From NCBI RefSeq assembly GCF_963921235.1, contig NC_086108.1, positions 83,888,001 through 83,952,000 on the forward strand: DNA of 64,000 bases, given 5' to 3'. This DNA is from Mobula hypostoma (taxonomy: Eukaryota). Positions 1 to 13,074 of the stretch are shown here, piece after piece. Both the position numbers and the translations under genes were made by a program. The stretch's first letter is position 1. Each line of letters starts with the position of its first letter. The notes under the pieces were generated by a model that was not told the origin of the DNA, made no database searches, and saw only the letters and a program-made list of their open reading frames with translations.

Positions 1-485
1 CTTCTGAAACAATGCAATTCATTCTTTTCTATAAACTCCCTATATTTTATTTTACAATTTCATGCGTTTTCTTCAGTAAGAACTTTGAGAATTCTACAGC
101 ATCATTCCTTTGGGAGTTAGCACAAATTCATTGAGGTAAATGTGCTTTTGCCTTTTTAAAAAAAACACTCTGCATTCAATTAAGTGAAGTGTTGGGCAGT
201 CAATATGCTTAAAGTCACTTTTAGATTGAGTACCACTTTCTCAGCTCTATTTTCAGGATTACTGCGTGAATGTTCTTGATTATAAGATATTTGTTATAAA
301 AATATGCTTTACTTAAGGATAATTCTGGTTTTTCTTGGAAAAAACCATTTACAACTTTCACAAGTCATTGGTGTGCTTTTTGCATATTCCATTTGGAAGG
401 TTTCTCTTTGAAATGTTGCACGTCCTTTTCCTGACAAAATGAAAATGTTGTTTTCTGTTGCATTAGCTCCACACAATTAATTTTT

Positions 486-491
486 TTTATT
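486..491 (-). promoter_or_regulatory. Candidate polyadenylation signal (AATAAA) in the 3' UTR; second candidate at 46..51
   Basis: TTTATT on + strand, about 400 nt and 845 nt downstream of the stop codon, in repeat-free AT-rich sequence. Confidence 0.3.
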
Positions 492-895
492 GTTGTTGCA
501 AGGAATACTTCATTGGTTCATTCCTGTCATCCTGATGTGGCAACATTTTCTTTTGAGCAATGTCACATACGCTTGCAATGCTGAAAGCCCTCACATTACT
601 GTTTGGGAAATGGATCCAATATCAGGTTACTTCAGGTTGATGAAGAAGTTTCAGAAATAGTGGCACAAGCCGGAGCTAAGTGTTCTTGGTACAATTGATC
701 CAAATCAATTACTCCAATGTTTCAATCAGATTGAAAGTGCAGATCGCGCACTTATTCCCATCCTTCCTAATGCCCAAATAATAGACCACCATCTTGTTAT
801 TGTCAAGATAGCGTTGTTCAGCCCTGGTGCCCTTTGTGGCACATTGTTCCTTCACCTCAAAAACCACCGTACTTGCATATGATGCAAAGTTTCCA

Positions 896-1344
896 TCATC
901 CCAAACACTTGCATTCAACTGCAGAAAAGTTCATGAGTGTGTGCCATTTGTTTTTCACGTCTAGAAAGGTTACATCATCGTACTTGATTGGTCGACAGCA
1001 TGGGCTACGGGTCACCTTCTCATGCTTCCTTAAACGGATCTCTTTATTCTTGAGCAGATTGGACAAGGTAAGGTCATAATTTGTCCGGGAGCGTGCACAG
1101 CTTCCACTGCAGTATTTGAAGAGTACGACCTCTTCTGATTCATACCCAAGTCCTAGACTTCTAACTTTGACTGTCTGGCTGTTAATCTGACATCCTCTGT
1201 TTGATCGGTTTGATTCTCTCTGCTTGTTTCTGCGTGAACCACTTGAAGGCATTGTACCTTGAAGCGAAGCCCCGGGCGAACGCTGATGACGGTTTTGTAG
1301 ATCCTCAGCAGGTGCTCCCGGTCTGTCTGAAGTTGGAGTTGCAT
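896..1344 (-). CDS. ARTN: Artemin-like GDNF-family ligand, last coding exon (end of pro-region plus mature cystine-knot domain)
   Basis: Translation ...AEDLQNRHQR/SPGASLQGTMPSSGSRRNKQRESNRSNRGCQINSQTVKVRSLGLGYESEEVVLFKYCSGSC...PCCRP...DVTFLD...SAVECKCLG*. It has the GDNF-family LGLG, FxYCxGxC, CCRP and CxC motifs with 7 Cys. Acceptor catcttgtgcag precedes 1344 (phase 1). The CLG end, VKVRxLGLG, NYDLTL and AEDL..R..RSP favour artemin over GDNF/NRTN/PSPN (recalled comparison). Confidence 0.9.
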
Positions 1345-1810
1345 CTGCACAAGATGGAACATCAAGTTAATACGAAACCTTAGCTTCCGTTCTTTTGATA
1401 GTATGGTTCCCAGACGAGCTTGTTTAGATGATTCAATGCTTTGCAACAAACCAGTACAAAGGACAAAAATAGAAAACGATTCTCTTCATAGCAAAAATCG
1501 TGGGAGTCTCACTACAAGTCAACAAAATAAAAACATTTAAGCATATTACAAATGGACTGTTTTAAACATTAATAACCCTACTGGAGACATATTTGTCTTG
1601 CAGCATGATAAATCTTGAATTTGACATTTTTCCCTGTTTCCTTAATTTTTGTTACCTCTTTCTCATTGTCTTCACAATAATTTCTGCATAGCTGAGAGGA
1701 GAGGTGCCTAAAATCTTTTTGGTCTCTGGACTATAGCCAAATGAATGCTTTCCTCTGATTTTAACCAAATCCGATGCTAGATGCAGGTTCCCCTGAAGTT
1801 TCTGATTCTA

Positions 1811-2322
1811 CGCTGTGGCCACTTTATTAGGTACACCTGTACACCTCGTTAATGCAAACATCCAGAAACTCAATGCATAAAAGCTTGTAGACATAGTCAA
1901 TAGGTTCATTGTTGTTCAGACCAAACATCAGAATGGGGAAAAAATGTAATCTACAGTAAGTGATTTGACCATGGAATGGTTCTTGGTGCCAGATGAGATG
2001 TTTTCAGTATCCCAGGAGATCAACAGTTTCTGAGATTTTCATACACAACTGTCTCTAGAGTTTACAGGGAGTGATGGAAGAACCAAAAATCATCCAATGA
2101 GTGGCAGTTCTGTGAGCAATTTTGTTAATGACAGAGGTCAGAGGAAAATGCCCAGGCAGGTTCGGGCTGACAGGAAAGCAACATTAAGTTATATAACCAT
2201 GTGTTACTACACCAATATGCAGAATAGCATGTTTGAACTGACAACACTTTGAACTTTGAAAATGGGCTACAGGAGCAGAAGACCATGAACATAGCAGGTA
2301 CCTAATAAAGTGGCAACTGAGT
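1811..2322 (+). mobile_element. Tc1-like DNA transposon, internally deleted, in the ARTN intron
   Basis: Perfect 17-bp inverted repeats GCCACTTTATTAGGTAC (1818..1834) / GTACCTAATAAAGTGGC (2298..2314), TA flanks, and a decayed N-terminal Tc1 transposase (ATGGGGAAAAAATGT...). Confidence 0.8.
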
Positions 2323-2484
2323 ATATGTATTGGTAAAATGGAATTACTTCATCTATTGCATCATTCAATAGAATACAAGAATAATTTGCTGGTTTGTTTC
2401 AAAATCAGATTATTTCAATTTCTTAAATACTGTAAAAGTTCAAATAACTTTATTATATTAATCAACTGTTTCTATGCTAACCAA

Positions 2485-3010
2485 ACACTGCCGGACAATG
2501 CTGAGGATGTTCTACGAGTCTGTGGTGGCCAGTGCGATCATGTTTGCTGTTGTGTGCTGGGGCAGCAGGCTGAGGGTAGTAGACACCAACAGAGTCAACA
2601 ATCTCATCCAGAAGGCCAGTGATATTGTGGGGATGGAACTGGACTCTCTGACGGTAGTGTCTGAAAATAGGATGCTGTCCAAGTTGCATGCCATCTTGGA
2701 CAGTGTCTCCCATCCACTGCATAATGTACTGGTTGGGCACAGGAGTACATTCAGCCAGAGACTCATTCCATCGAGATGCAGCACAGAGCATCATAGGAAG
2801 TCATTCCTGCCTGTGGCCATCAAACTTTACAACTCCTCCCTTGGAGGGTCAGACACCTTGAGCCAATAGGCTGGTCCTGGATTTATTTCCTGGCATAGTT
2901 TACATATTACTATTTAACTATTTATGGTTTTATTACTTTTTAATTATTTATGGTGCAACTGTAATGAAAACAAATTTCCCCCAGGATCCATAAAGTATGA
3001 CTATGACTAT
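2485..3010 (+). mobile_element. Rex/Babar-clade LINE 3' fragment
   Basis: ORF ...FYESVVASAIMFAVVCWG...HPLH...RKSFLPVAIKLYN with a (CTATGA)n tail; near-identical to the copy at 15611..16024. Confidence 0.8.
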
Positions 3011-4117
3011 TTGCATTGCGAAGTAATACATCTTAAGGATTGACTTTTACCCTATGGTAGCAGATCAGCAATTGTTTCACAAACCAGCTGTTTTATATCC
3101 TGACTATTTTATGCCCTATCTGTCAATGTACACCCCTCACACACTTATAAGGCCTTCATTTCCAAATCACCTCATTTGCTTTTTTAATCTGCTTTTAACA
3201 CCAAAACCATTATATCTCCTAGATATTGTACACTCCATTCCAATTCAGTACATCTTTCACCTATTAAAATGCCCATCTATTAAGTTTCACACCCACAAAA
3301 CCCTTGCTCATTATGGACCAGGCTTTTTACTTTTCCAATTACTTATTCTCCAATGTTCATCATAGCACATCATATGTTTCCTGCTTAACTAACACTTGTC
3401 ATACCCTTCACCTATCTTACAACCCTGTTACCCACCCATCTATTTCATCCCCTGCTCATCATACATCCTTTCCACATCTATCAGAAACACCATTTGATAT
3501 AAATGTCTCAACAATATGATAACTCCTTGGTCAAGTTGAGAAGTTATATGCACAGGCCAAAAGCTGTCCAACAGTCTCGTGATCTCAATTGCAATGTGTC
3601 TGGAAAGCTGCAGGATACCAAATAGCTATCCCAGTGTAAAGTCTGTGATGCACAAGTCCCTGTATAATGGGGACATTAGCGTAGCCAATACCACCCTGAA
3701 CCTGACGACCAGTGTTCCCACTAATCTGTAATGACCAGTATGCATAAAAATCTCATGCTGTGCAATTTTTTGCCCAGTGGTCTGCTGTGAAAGGTGCCCC
3801 AAACTTTAAACTTAAATAAATAATCACGCAATACTTATAGAAAATGGGAACCCGAATTACTGAACACATAATTAGTTCACCAATGGACAACGTAATACAC
3901 TCTTACACCTTACTGGTCCATTTCAAAGAGGGTAGATGTAAAGTATCTACTCTCCTCAGTACATTAAATCTAACCAAACTGCATTTTATTAACCTGACTC
4001 CAAAACGTTGGGTAAGTTCTCAGCTCCCTGATAGTGCGTAACACTCTTAATACTCTAAAGTCTTTTCTGCTACTTTAATGTATTCACTCCTGTTTAATGA
4101 TTAATATCTGTACTCAC

Positions 4118-4382
4118 AGGAATCAGCAGGCCAGGCTGATGGTGTTGATGATTCTGTTCTCTCTTCGGTCTTGCTCTTGAGGGCTGCTTTGCTTTCTACT
4201 GAAGACCTGCTCTTTTCCTGGAGTAGTATCTTTCTGGAGTGTAGATGATATTCTGGAAGCCAGTTCTCGTCTTGGGATGAAGCAATTGTACTAACAGCCA
4301 GGGATAGAAAGATAGCCAGGATCCACAAAGTAGCCTTCAAGATGAGAACCATAATAAATAACAAAGACAAAGTATTTCCCAT
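4118..4382 (-). CDS. ARTN: Artemin-like gene, signal-peptide/pro-region exon (5' boundary uncertain: ATG at 4382 or acceptor at 4334)
   Basis: Open frame MGNTLSLLFIMVLILKATLWILAIFLSLAVSTIASSQDENW...PSAWPADS with a hydrophobic signal-like segment. Donor T|GTGAGT at 4118/4117 is phase 1 and matches the acceptor at 1344 (T+AT = Tyr). The spliced CDS from 4382 is 714 nt, 237 aa. Confidence 0.8.
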
Positions 4383-4898
4383 CTGTGCTGATATGACAGC
4401 CTTCAGAACTATGACCCAGCTTAATTTGTAAGGCACATTCCTAGAAGCCAAGTTCAAGATAATTTGAAAGGCCCTCCAATCTCCATTTCAAAGTAAATCA
4501 ACAATCATTTGGTTTTTTTACAGTAGCTTTGGGCTGAATTATTATATTGACTTATGGACTGCTTTAAGTGCTTTTGTCAAGAGATAAATAGTCTTACTAA
4601 AAGTGACAGATAACCAATCACTCGCTGCACAAGGTTGCCTTATACGCGGTATTTCCCAAGGGTGAGAGTTAAAGGCTACAGAGTATTTTGGAAGTACAAT
4701 AAATTGAGGATCACTGACCTTTAACACCAGGAGTAGGGGTGCAGAAGAGGGAGAAAAGTGGAAATGCAGGAGTTCTGGTTTTGGGGTGGGTAAGTGGACA
4801 GTATGGAAATTCCCAACAGTTGGGTTTCCAAGCATTATTACAGAACAGTGCTGCAAAGATCTGAGTGTATTTTTTTGAAAAAATAAATTAATTTCCTG

Positions 4899-5120
4899 AT
4901 TCTGCAGATGCTAGAAATCCAGAGTAACACATACTGTACAAATGCTGGAAGAGAACGAGTACAAGCTAGAAGGCGATATGTGATGCCAGGTGTGTGGGTG
5001 GGGTGGGGGGTGAAGTGAGAATCTGGGAGGTGATGGGTGGAAAAGGTTAAGAGCTAAAGAAGGGATAATCTGAAAGGATAAGAGAGTGGACCATGGGAGA
5101 AAGGGTAGGAGGACGGACAC
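4899..5120 (-). mobile_element. Degraded Penelope-like terminal-repeat fragment
   Basis: TCTGCAGATGCTAGAAATCCAGAGTAACACA and a purine-rich tract shared with the Penelope copies elsewhere in the window. Confidence 0.55.
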
Positions 5121-5376
5121 CTGAATTTTCTGATTCATTTCTCACCTTCCATCTTCTCAAAGGTTTTGAGGGTGAATCAGCCAGACATCCCAGAGTAACC
5201 TGATTGATGCCTTCACTCACTTGCCTGCATCCGTCTAAAAAATATACAATTTAAATTTTAAAAATAGCTTAAACCATTGGTTCTGTTACAGTTCCAAGAT
5301 TAGTGCGGTCTGTAGAAGCAATAAACCATATCTTTGCTCTGATAGCAAATAAAAAACCACACTCTTTCATTACTTT

Positions 5377-6887
5377 ATAGAAACATAGAAAATAGGTGCA
5401 GGAGTAGGCCATTCGGCCCTTTGAGCCTGCACCGCCATTTATTATGATCATGGCTGATCATCCAACTCAGAACCCCGCCCCAGCCTTCCCTCCATACCCC
5501 CTGACCTCCGTAGCCACAAGGGCCATATCTAACTCCCTCTTAAATATAGCCAATGAACTGGCCTCAACTGTTTCCTGTGGCAGAGAATTCCACAGATTCA
5601 CCACTCTCTGTGTGAAGAAGATTTTCCTAATCTCGGTCCTAAAAGGCTTCCCCTCTATCTTCAAACTGTGACCCCTCGTTCTGGACTTCCCCAACATCGG
5701 GAACAATCTTCCTGCATCTAGCCTGTCCAATCCCTTTAGGATCTTATACGTTTCAATCAGATCCCCCCTCAATCTTCTAAATTCCAACGAGTACAAGCCC
5801 AATTCATCCAGTCTTTCTTCATATGAAAGTCCTGCCATCCCAGGAATCAATCTGGTGAACCTTCTTTGTACTCCCTCTATGGCAAAGATGTCTTTCCTCA
5901 GATTAGGGGACCAAAACTGCACACAATACTCCAGGTGTGGTCTCACCAAGCCCTTGTACAACTGCAGTAGTACGTCCCTGCTCCTGTACTCGAATCCTCT
6001 CGCTATAAATGCCAGCATACCATTCGCCTTTTTCACCGCCTGCTGTACCTGCATGCCCACTTTCAATGACTGGTGTATAATGACACCCAGGTCTCGTTGC
6101 ACCTCCCCTTTTCCTAATCGGCCACCATTCAGATAATAATCTGTTTTCCTGTTTTTGCCACCAAAGTGGATAACCTCACATTTATCCACATTAAATTGCA
6201 TCTGCCATGAATTTGCCCACTTACCCAACCTATCCAAGTCATCCTGCATCCTCTTAGCATCCTCCTCACAGCTAACACTGCCCCCAGCTTCGTGTCATCC
6301 GCAAACTTGGAGATGCTGCATTTAATTCCCTCATCCAAGTCATTAATATATATTGTAAACAACTGGGGTCCCAGCACTGAGCCTTGCGGTACCCCACGAG
6401 TCACTGCCTGCCATTCTGAAAAGGTCCCGTTTATTCCCACTCTTTGCTTCCTGTCTGCTAACCAATTCTCCACCCACACCAATACCTTACCCCCAATACC
6501 GTGTGCTTTAAGTTTGCACACTAATCTCCTGTGTGGGACCAAGTCAAAAGCCTTTTGAAAATTCAAATATACCACATCCACTGGTTCTCCCCTATCCACT
6601 CTACTAGTTACATCCTCAAAAAATTCTATGAGATTCGTCAGACATGATTTTCCTTTCACAAATCCATGCTGACTTTGTCTGATGATTTCACCGCTTTCCA
6701 AATGTGCTGTTATCACATCCTTGATAACTGACTCCAGCAGTTTCCCCACCACCGACGATAGGCTAACCGGTCTATAATTCCCCGGTTTCTCTCTCCCTCC
6801 TTTTTTAAAAAGTGGGGTTACATTAGCCACCCTCCAATCCTCAGGAACTAGTCCAGAATCTAACGAGTTTTGAAAAATTATCACTAA
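5377..6887 (-). mobile_element. CR1 LINE, 5'-truncated, young (RT domain nearly intact, one frameshift)
   Basis: ORFs 6129..6884 and 5467..6249 encode CR1 RT motifs ([33 protein letters not shown]); (TTTCTATG)n tail. Confidence 0.95.
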
Positions 6888-7289
6888 TTTATGAGCAATA
6901 GTCGCTCATGGAGGGAATGAAGTGTGAAATCGTGTGATGACAAGTAACTAAAACAAGATTTTACATCATAAACAAAGCAAAAGTTATTAAACTTGAGCAG
7001 AAAGATAATGATTTAAATAGGTTCAGGCAAAGGTCCATGTGACTATCACAGTGGCCCAATTCCATAATTAGTTACACATATTAAATCAATGAACAGTGGC
7101 ACCAATCCCTTTCTTACATGCTGCACACTTAAAAAGGAGCTGAAACGAGTCAAAGAGATTCCAATCTAGACAGGTTACAGGTCAAATACTATAAGTTACA
7201 TACAAGGTGAGGAACTAATTCTGACCAATTAAGTATTTTATTTATGTTGGATTCTCACAGTCATAATACTTAGAATGAAGCCTCTAATT

Positions 7290-7540
7290 TAGGGATACAA
7301 CACGGTAACAATCCCTTCCAGCCCCATTACTGGTGGTGCTCAATTACATCATTGTACCCAACCAATTTATTGATCAATACATCTTTGGAGTGTGGGAGGA
7401 AACCAGATCGCCCGGAGGAAACCAAATCGCCCAGTGGAAGCCCACACGATCACAGGGAGAACATACAAGCTCTTTACAGACAGTGGTGAAATTGAACCCG
7501 TGTCGCTGGTCCGTGAAAGCGTTACACTAACTGCCCTGCA
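7290..7540 (-). mobile_element. HE1-like tRNA-headed V-SINE
   Basis: Minus strand has a B-box GGGTTCAATTTC and a V-domain-like TGTTCTCCCTGTGA...GGTTTCCTCC...TTTCCTCCCACA. Confidence 0.65.
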
Positions 7541-9232
7541 ACTGCACTGCCCAAATGATCGCATAATCTCCAGTGGAGACTGTGAAACAGCAACTTGTAA
7601 ATGTTTAACCCAAAGACCTTTGAATAATTCATTCAGCAATTAGATCTCATAAGAACAACTCATCAATAACAAAGAATGCAGAAAAATGTGATAGATAGAA
7701 AAGGGGAAAAATGAAGCTGATTTAATGTAGAAAACAGCCCTACCTATTGGCTTAAAGAACACCTGATGCCTGGTCACTGCCCTGAGGTGTTCACTGTTGC
7801 ACTCCTCACAGGCACTGCCTGACCTCCCAGGTATTTCCAGCATTTTCTGTTTTATTTCAGATTTCATTTGCCTTTTTTTCCCCTGATATACAGGTCACGA
7901 GGTTACCTCGAATACTGATATTAGACTTTTATATTTAAGTGTTCTGCTGAGGATCACAAATTCAGAGAAGAGCCAAAGTAATTTAGACTACTGAAATGTT
8001 ATCCCTTTGGAACTGATTTCCATTACTGAACTTTGAACGTACATAAAAACTACAACTAAAGTGTCAGTGTAAATCAGACCATCAGGAATATATCTACTGA
8101 CTCATGTTCAAAGTACACTCATACATCAGCTAAGGGCAGAGTCAAACTCGTCTGCTGCAGTGAAAGAGCCCGCCAATATTCACAGCATAGGGTTCATGTA
8201 TAATATTTCAGGAATTACAGTCACCAACAACAGTCTATGAGTCATAAGCTTCAGGAGTTTAGGGAAAGGAAGCCACCAAAGTCAAAAGAAAGATGCAATA
8301 AAACTATTGTTCCCACAATCACTGGGGGCTAAAGGTTGACTTAATAGATGTCTCAGTCCAAGTTGAAGAGAAATCCTGAAAGGAGCAGAGAAAACGGTAA
8401 CGTACTTCCACACCAATACCAACTACACTCCAAATGTTGGACTAATGGAAACCAGGAACACAATGCATGCTTAATGTCACACTTTATTGTGCTGTGATAT
8501 TTGTCTAGAGATACAATAACTGCATTCAACTTAATGGTAAGGAACTACCTCAAGGAAGTCAGTGAATGTTAATTTGGTATTGTTTGAGTTCAGATAATTT
8601 TTCCAACAAATATAAAATAAGCATTGAGGCATGTTTAGCTTTCACATAAATTTAAATTTTGAAACATTATAATCAGATAATCACTGGGTCAGTAATTGCT
8701 TTGCTAACAACAAAAAAAAACAGAATTTTACTGAGGATAGAAATAATCCTCAATATTTATATTTATTTTGAGATATTTTAAGATATGATATTTAAATTGC
8801 ACATGTTCAGGTACTAACGCTTCCAATATTTCGCAAAATGATTCACAGATTGTCAGGGTGATAACAGAAAATAATGGAAACACTTAATAGATCTGACAAT
8901 GTTTGTGCTAACAGAAAACCTCTCCAGTCTAAAATTTAACTCTGATTCATTTCCCACAGATATCGCCTGACTTGCTGTTTAGTTACAGCGGTTTTTGTTT
9001 TTATTTCAGATTTGTGGTATCTGCAGATTTTTAAAGTATTTTCCTTGTTAACATAGAATGCTCAATTTGAAGTAAAACCAAAATCTGTTATAGAATGGAC
9101 TACACGGACTAGTGTGTAAGAGGTCACCTGATATATGTGACTGGTGGATCCCAGTGCATTAGAATCCATAATGGTTGATCTCAGCCAGATCAGGAACACT
9201 CTTGGCTTCAAGCCTTCTCAGAAAGCAGCAAT

Positions 9233-9877
9233 TAGAACATAAGAAATAGGAGCAGGAGTAGACCATCTGGCCCATCAAGCCTGCTCCGCCATTCAGTAAG
9301 ATCATGGCTGATCTGGCCATGGACTCATCTCCACCTACCTGCCTTTTCCCCATAACCCTTAATTTCCCTTCTATGCAAAAATCTATCCAACCTCGTCTTA
9401 AATGTGTATACTGAGTTAGCCTCCACTACTTCATCGGTCAGAGAATTCCTCAGATTCACCATTTTCTGGGAAAAGCAATTCCATAAGACCATAAGATATA
9501 GACACAGCAGTTGGCCATTTGACCCATTGAGTCTGTTCTGCCATTCAATCATGGGCTGATCCAATTCTTCCAGTCATTCCCACTCCCCTGCCTTCTCCCC
9601 ATACCCTTCGATGCCCTGGCTAGTCAAGAACCTATCTATCTCTGCCTTAGATGCACCCAGTGACTTGGCCTGCACAATTCCTCCTCATCTCTGTCCTAAA
9701 TTTACTCCCTCGAACCTTGAGGCTATGTTCTCCTCATTCTAGTCTCACCTATCAGTGGAAACAACTTTCCTGCCTCCATCTTATCTATCCCTTTCATAAT
9801 TTTATGTTTCTATAAAATCTCCCCTCATTCTTCTGCATTCCAGCAACTACAGTCCCAGGCAACTCAATCTCTCCTCA
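9233..9877 (-). mobile_element. Two nested CR1 3' ends (inner copy about 9483..9674)
   Basis: Two CR1 3' UTR/tail sequences; CAATTCC is duplicated on both sides of the inner copy. Confidence 0.75.
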
Positions 9878-10680
9878 CTGTTGCTGTTATTCCTCACTTG
9901 GCCATGTCAGAAGAAATTTAAGAGTGGGTTGCTATGGGTCTGGAGACAGATATAGGCAGATCTCCTCCCCTATATGATATAGGTAAACCAAATGTGTTCC
10001 TGTGAAAATCCAGTTGTTTTCTGGTCATACTTGTTAAAAACTAAATGCTCCTTTTTTTAAAGTTTTATGTTATTAAAAATTTTAAATACTAAGCTCCCAG
10101 GGTTGGACGTCTCTGGTCTTAGGATGGTGCCTTCAGGTTTTTGGGTTAATAGTCAAGTAGTTTAATGATTGCAGCCTGATTTAGTCACATCACTCCTGGC
10201 CTGCATTGACTGATGGTAAGTGATGCGTGACTGTGCTCTTTTCACATAGTTTTGGCCAAATCCAATTTGTAAAAATCTGTTTGGCAGTTTCTAAATATTA
10301 GTCATTTTTTTGATGTTTATGAGGCTCTGCCAACTACAGTTTAAGGCCTGGTAAGGTTTGCACTGACCTGCTTAAGCATATTCATTAAATGGTTATTTTG
10401 GTGAGGTGCCAGAAAGCTGTCAGCTTCTGTGAAGCCTAATCTCTGCAGGGCGAAAGTCAGATCCCGTGAGATCAGAAACAAAATGATGCACACAATAATG
10501 GTAATTCCTATAACATCTTGTTTTGCTATCAGGAGCAGAATACAATAAAATTGCCCTTAGCTTTGTTTCAAATGTTGGGTATAATTTTTAATTGGTGTTG
10601 ATATGAGCTCAGGACAGGATTTCTGCAACAGGATATCAACCCAAAAAACACTGACAATTACTTACTACTGCCCTTCCCTG

Positions 10681-10688
10681 CCCCCCCC

Positions 10689-10729
<41 letters not shown>
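10681..10729. repeat. Poly-C plus (CA)n microsatellite
   Basis: Directly visible. Confidence 0.95.
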
Positions 10730-10731
<2 letters not shown>

Positions 10732-11199
10732 CACTGCTCAACCCACCAAGTTCCCTCAGCAGGTGATTTGTGGATCCAGACTCCAGCATCTTGTCCTCGT
10801 ATTTCCTGCGTGTCTTGTCAGTCACCCTGTTCCACAGCTGGTGGCAGCACAAGCTCAGACAGGAGCTTGGTAGCATTAACTACTCTAACGAGCCTTACCA
10901 GGTGTTAGCAGTTGCATTCCAACACCGTGATTTGCCCTTGAATCTTGAAATTGACAGGCATGGTACAAATACTGCCCCTTCATTATCCAATGCACAACTC
11001 AAAGTTACATTCTAGCTTTAGCTGATGGAATCAGCTACTCCACGTGTGAACAGGGACTCATTTGAAGGTGCTCCAAATAAACAAGCCCACTACTGGGAAA
11101 GAGTGGCATTTATTCCCTTCATCATTCAAAACATTTTCGTACATTTCCCAAAAGGACTATAAAACATCTTCTTTGTCACTTATTTATCATTATGACATT

Positions 11200-11510
11200 G
11201 GAAGCAGTCCATCAAGTCCATGCAGGCTCTCAGCAGAGCAGATGCACCAGTCCCATTACCTTTTCATATTTCTCTACAGCCCTTATGCTTTCGTACGTGC
11301 CCACCAACTTCCCCTTGATCCTTTGCAATCTACCCTCAAATAGGTGTAATGTCCAGCAGCCAATCACTTAGTAACATATCTTGGGGAAAACCAGAACATC
11401 CACCTGAAAACCACATGGTTATAGGCAAAACATGCAAACTTCACCCAGATGATACCAAATTAGGATCAAACTTGGAGAGATAGAACTATGAGGCAGCAGC
11501 ATTAACATTG
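11200..11510 (-). mobile_element. Degraded HE1-like V-SINE with CR1-type tail
   Basis: GGGGAAAACCAGAACATCCACCTGAAAACCACATGGTTATAGGCAAAACATGCAAACT resembles the other V-SINE copies. Confidence 0.5.
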
Positions 11511-13060
11511 TCACCTAATAGTTTCTAAGACTGATACGAACAATTATGAGAGGTGTAAGGTAAATGTAAGCAGGCTAATTCCACTGAGTTTGACTGAGAC
11601 TAGAGTGGGAGGTCATTGGTTAAATGTGAAATGTTTAAGGGGAACATGAGGGGGAACTTCTTCGTTCACGTGGCAGTGAATGTGTGGAACGAGCTGTCAG
11701 CGGATTTTGGTTTGATTTGTTTCTGTCTTGTAGTGTTCCATGACTCTGTAACTTTATCTTGTCCATGGACAGGGTTGTAAAGCTTATATAGGGTTGTGAT
11801 ATAACTCAAGACTTAAACCAACTAAAATCAGTGAAGTTGTATTGAAATGAATAATGTGCTGTATTTTATAATACTTTGTAATGTTTACACTATTTTATGT
11901 TCCTTATTAAAATGAATTAAAAATTGTAACTAGAATGATTATAATTACAGTTTGTTCTTTGAACTATGATGAAATATGAACAGCAGTGCTAATAAATAAA
12001 CTGTATGAATTGGAAGAGGAGGTGAGATAAAATAAATGAGAGTTCAGTATTTATTTTAAATAAGGTTTGATAAAGCAATGCACTGTCTTCTAAGATAATT
12101 AACAAAGAAATGGAGAGGCTGTGAGAATTACATAATGGGATTTAAAGGCATAAGATATAAAGTATGCTGACAGGATTACACAGTCAGCTTATTTGTATCT
12201 GGAAAGGTGCATGCAATTAAAAAAACTTGGGAATTTGTCACTTATGCATTATGCAGCATGAATGAATGGGCAATTTTTTAAAAATTTAAATTTATTCTGC
12301 ATTGTTGTTTATTGGCACTATGCAACTTCATGTCCATATTAAGAAATTAAAAGAATGCTCATTCATTCATTCATTTGTGAGCAGCATGTGAATGCAGAAT
12401 AGAGTTCTCTACAAGACCACAACCTGCTGTCAGCAGACCAGGACAGAAATTCCAAGCATCAATCACACTGACAGGTAGGAAATGGGAATTCCTTTTCGTG
12501 CCACATCAGGGATAAGAAAGTTAAAATTATTATTAAATTTATTACTACTAGTACAATTTTCTATCATTTTCAAGGATTTAATTGGAATGTTGATTGATTA
12601 CAGATTGTTTCCTTGAGAATCAGACTTTACTTTCCAGCAGCATCTGCTCTAAATTGGAAACTCAGCTCCTCAAAAAAATATGAAACATGCATCATGAGTG
12701 GTTTAGTTCATTGGCACTACCAGTTGAAGTCTTCATGCAGCATGGCCTAATTAAACAAAAAGTAATCAATTCATATTTCTCTAGAACTATGATTGTTCAT
12801 ACCATGAGTCAAAAATTAAATAAGCAAAGGATTAAGAGTTTTTTTTTGAAGTAAATTGACTAGTGCATAATATAATTTTTGTTGGCAGGCGTGGTCATAT
12901 ATTAATTTTCCATTATGTGATTTAATGTTTTTAATTTTCCAATAAAAATGTCCTTGATATTAGCAGTATGAAGTTCTAATGCCAGTCGATGAAACATACT
13001 TTTTAGAAAACTTACAGTAAATTGAATGAACCTTGCTTCCTATGCTAGAGCAGCCCACAG

Positions 13061-13074
13061 CTGCTAGGTGGCAA
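13061..13074 (+). promoter_or_regulatory. Candidate CTCF-binding site
   Basis: CTGCTAGGTGGCAA resembles the CTCF core CCASYAGRKGGCRS and lies in unique sequence; motif match only. Confidence 0.3.

Noticed and set aside
709..1449. Short ORFs overlapping the ARTN last exon (709..918, 834..1079, 1153..1449, 1201..1383)
   Set aside because: Alternative-frame or antisense shadows with no recognisable domains.
4455..4487. MEIGGPFKLS as the ARTN start (resembles human MELGLGG)
   Set aside because: It hits a stop after 10 codons, is out of frame with the signal-peptide exon and has no usable donor; at most a uORF.
5467..6884. Long RT ORFs (also 27430, 29513, 31578, 34072, 36160) as host genes or a retron-like system
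   Set aside because: They are 5'-truncated CR1 ORF2 fragments with frameshifts and LINE tails.
10221..10230. AhR response element near ARTN
   Set aside because: Only the 5-bp GCGTG core is present, not TNGCGTG; expected by chance.
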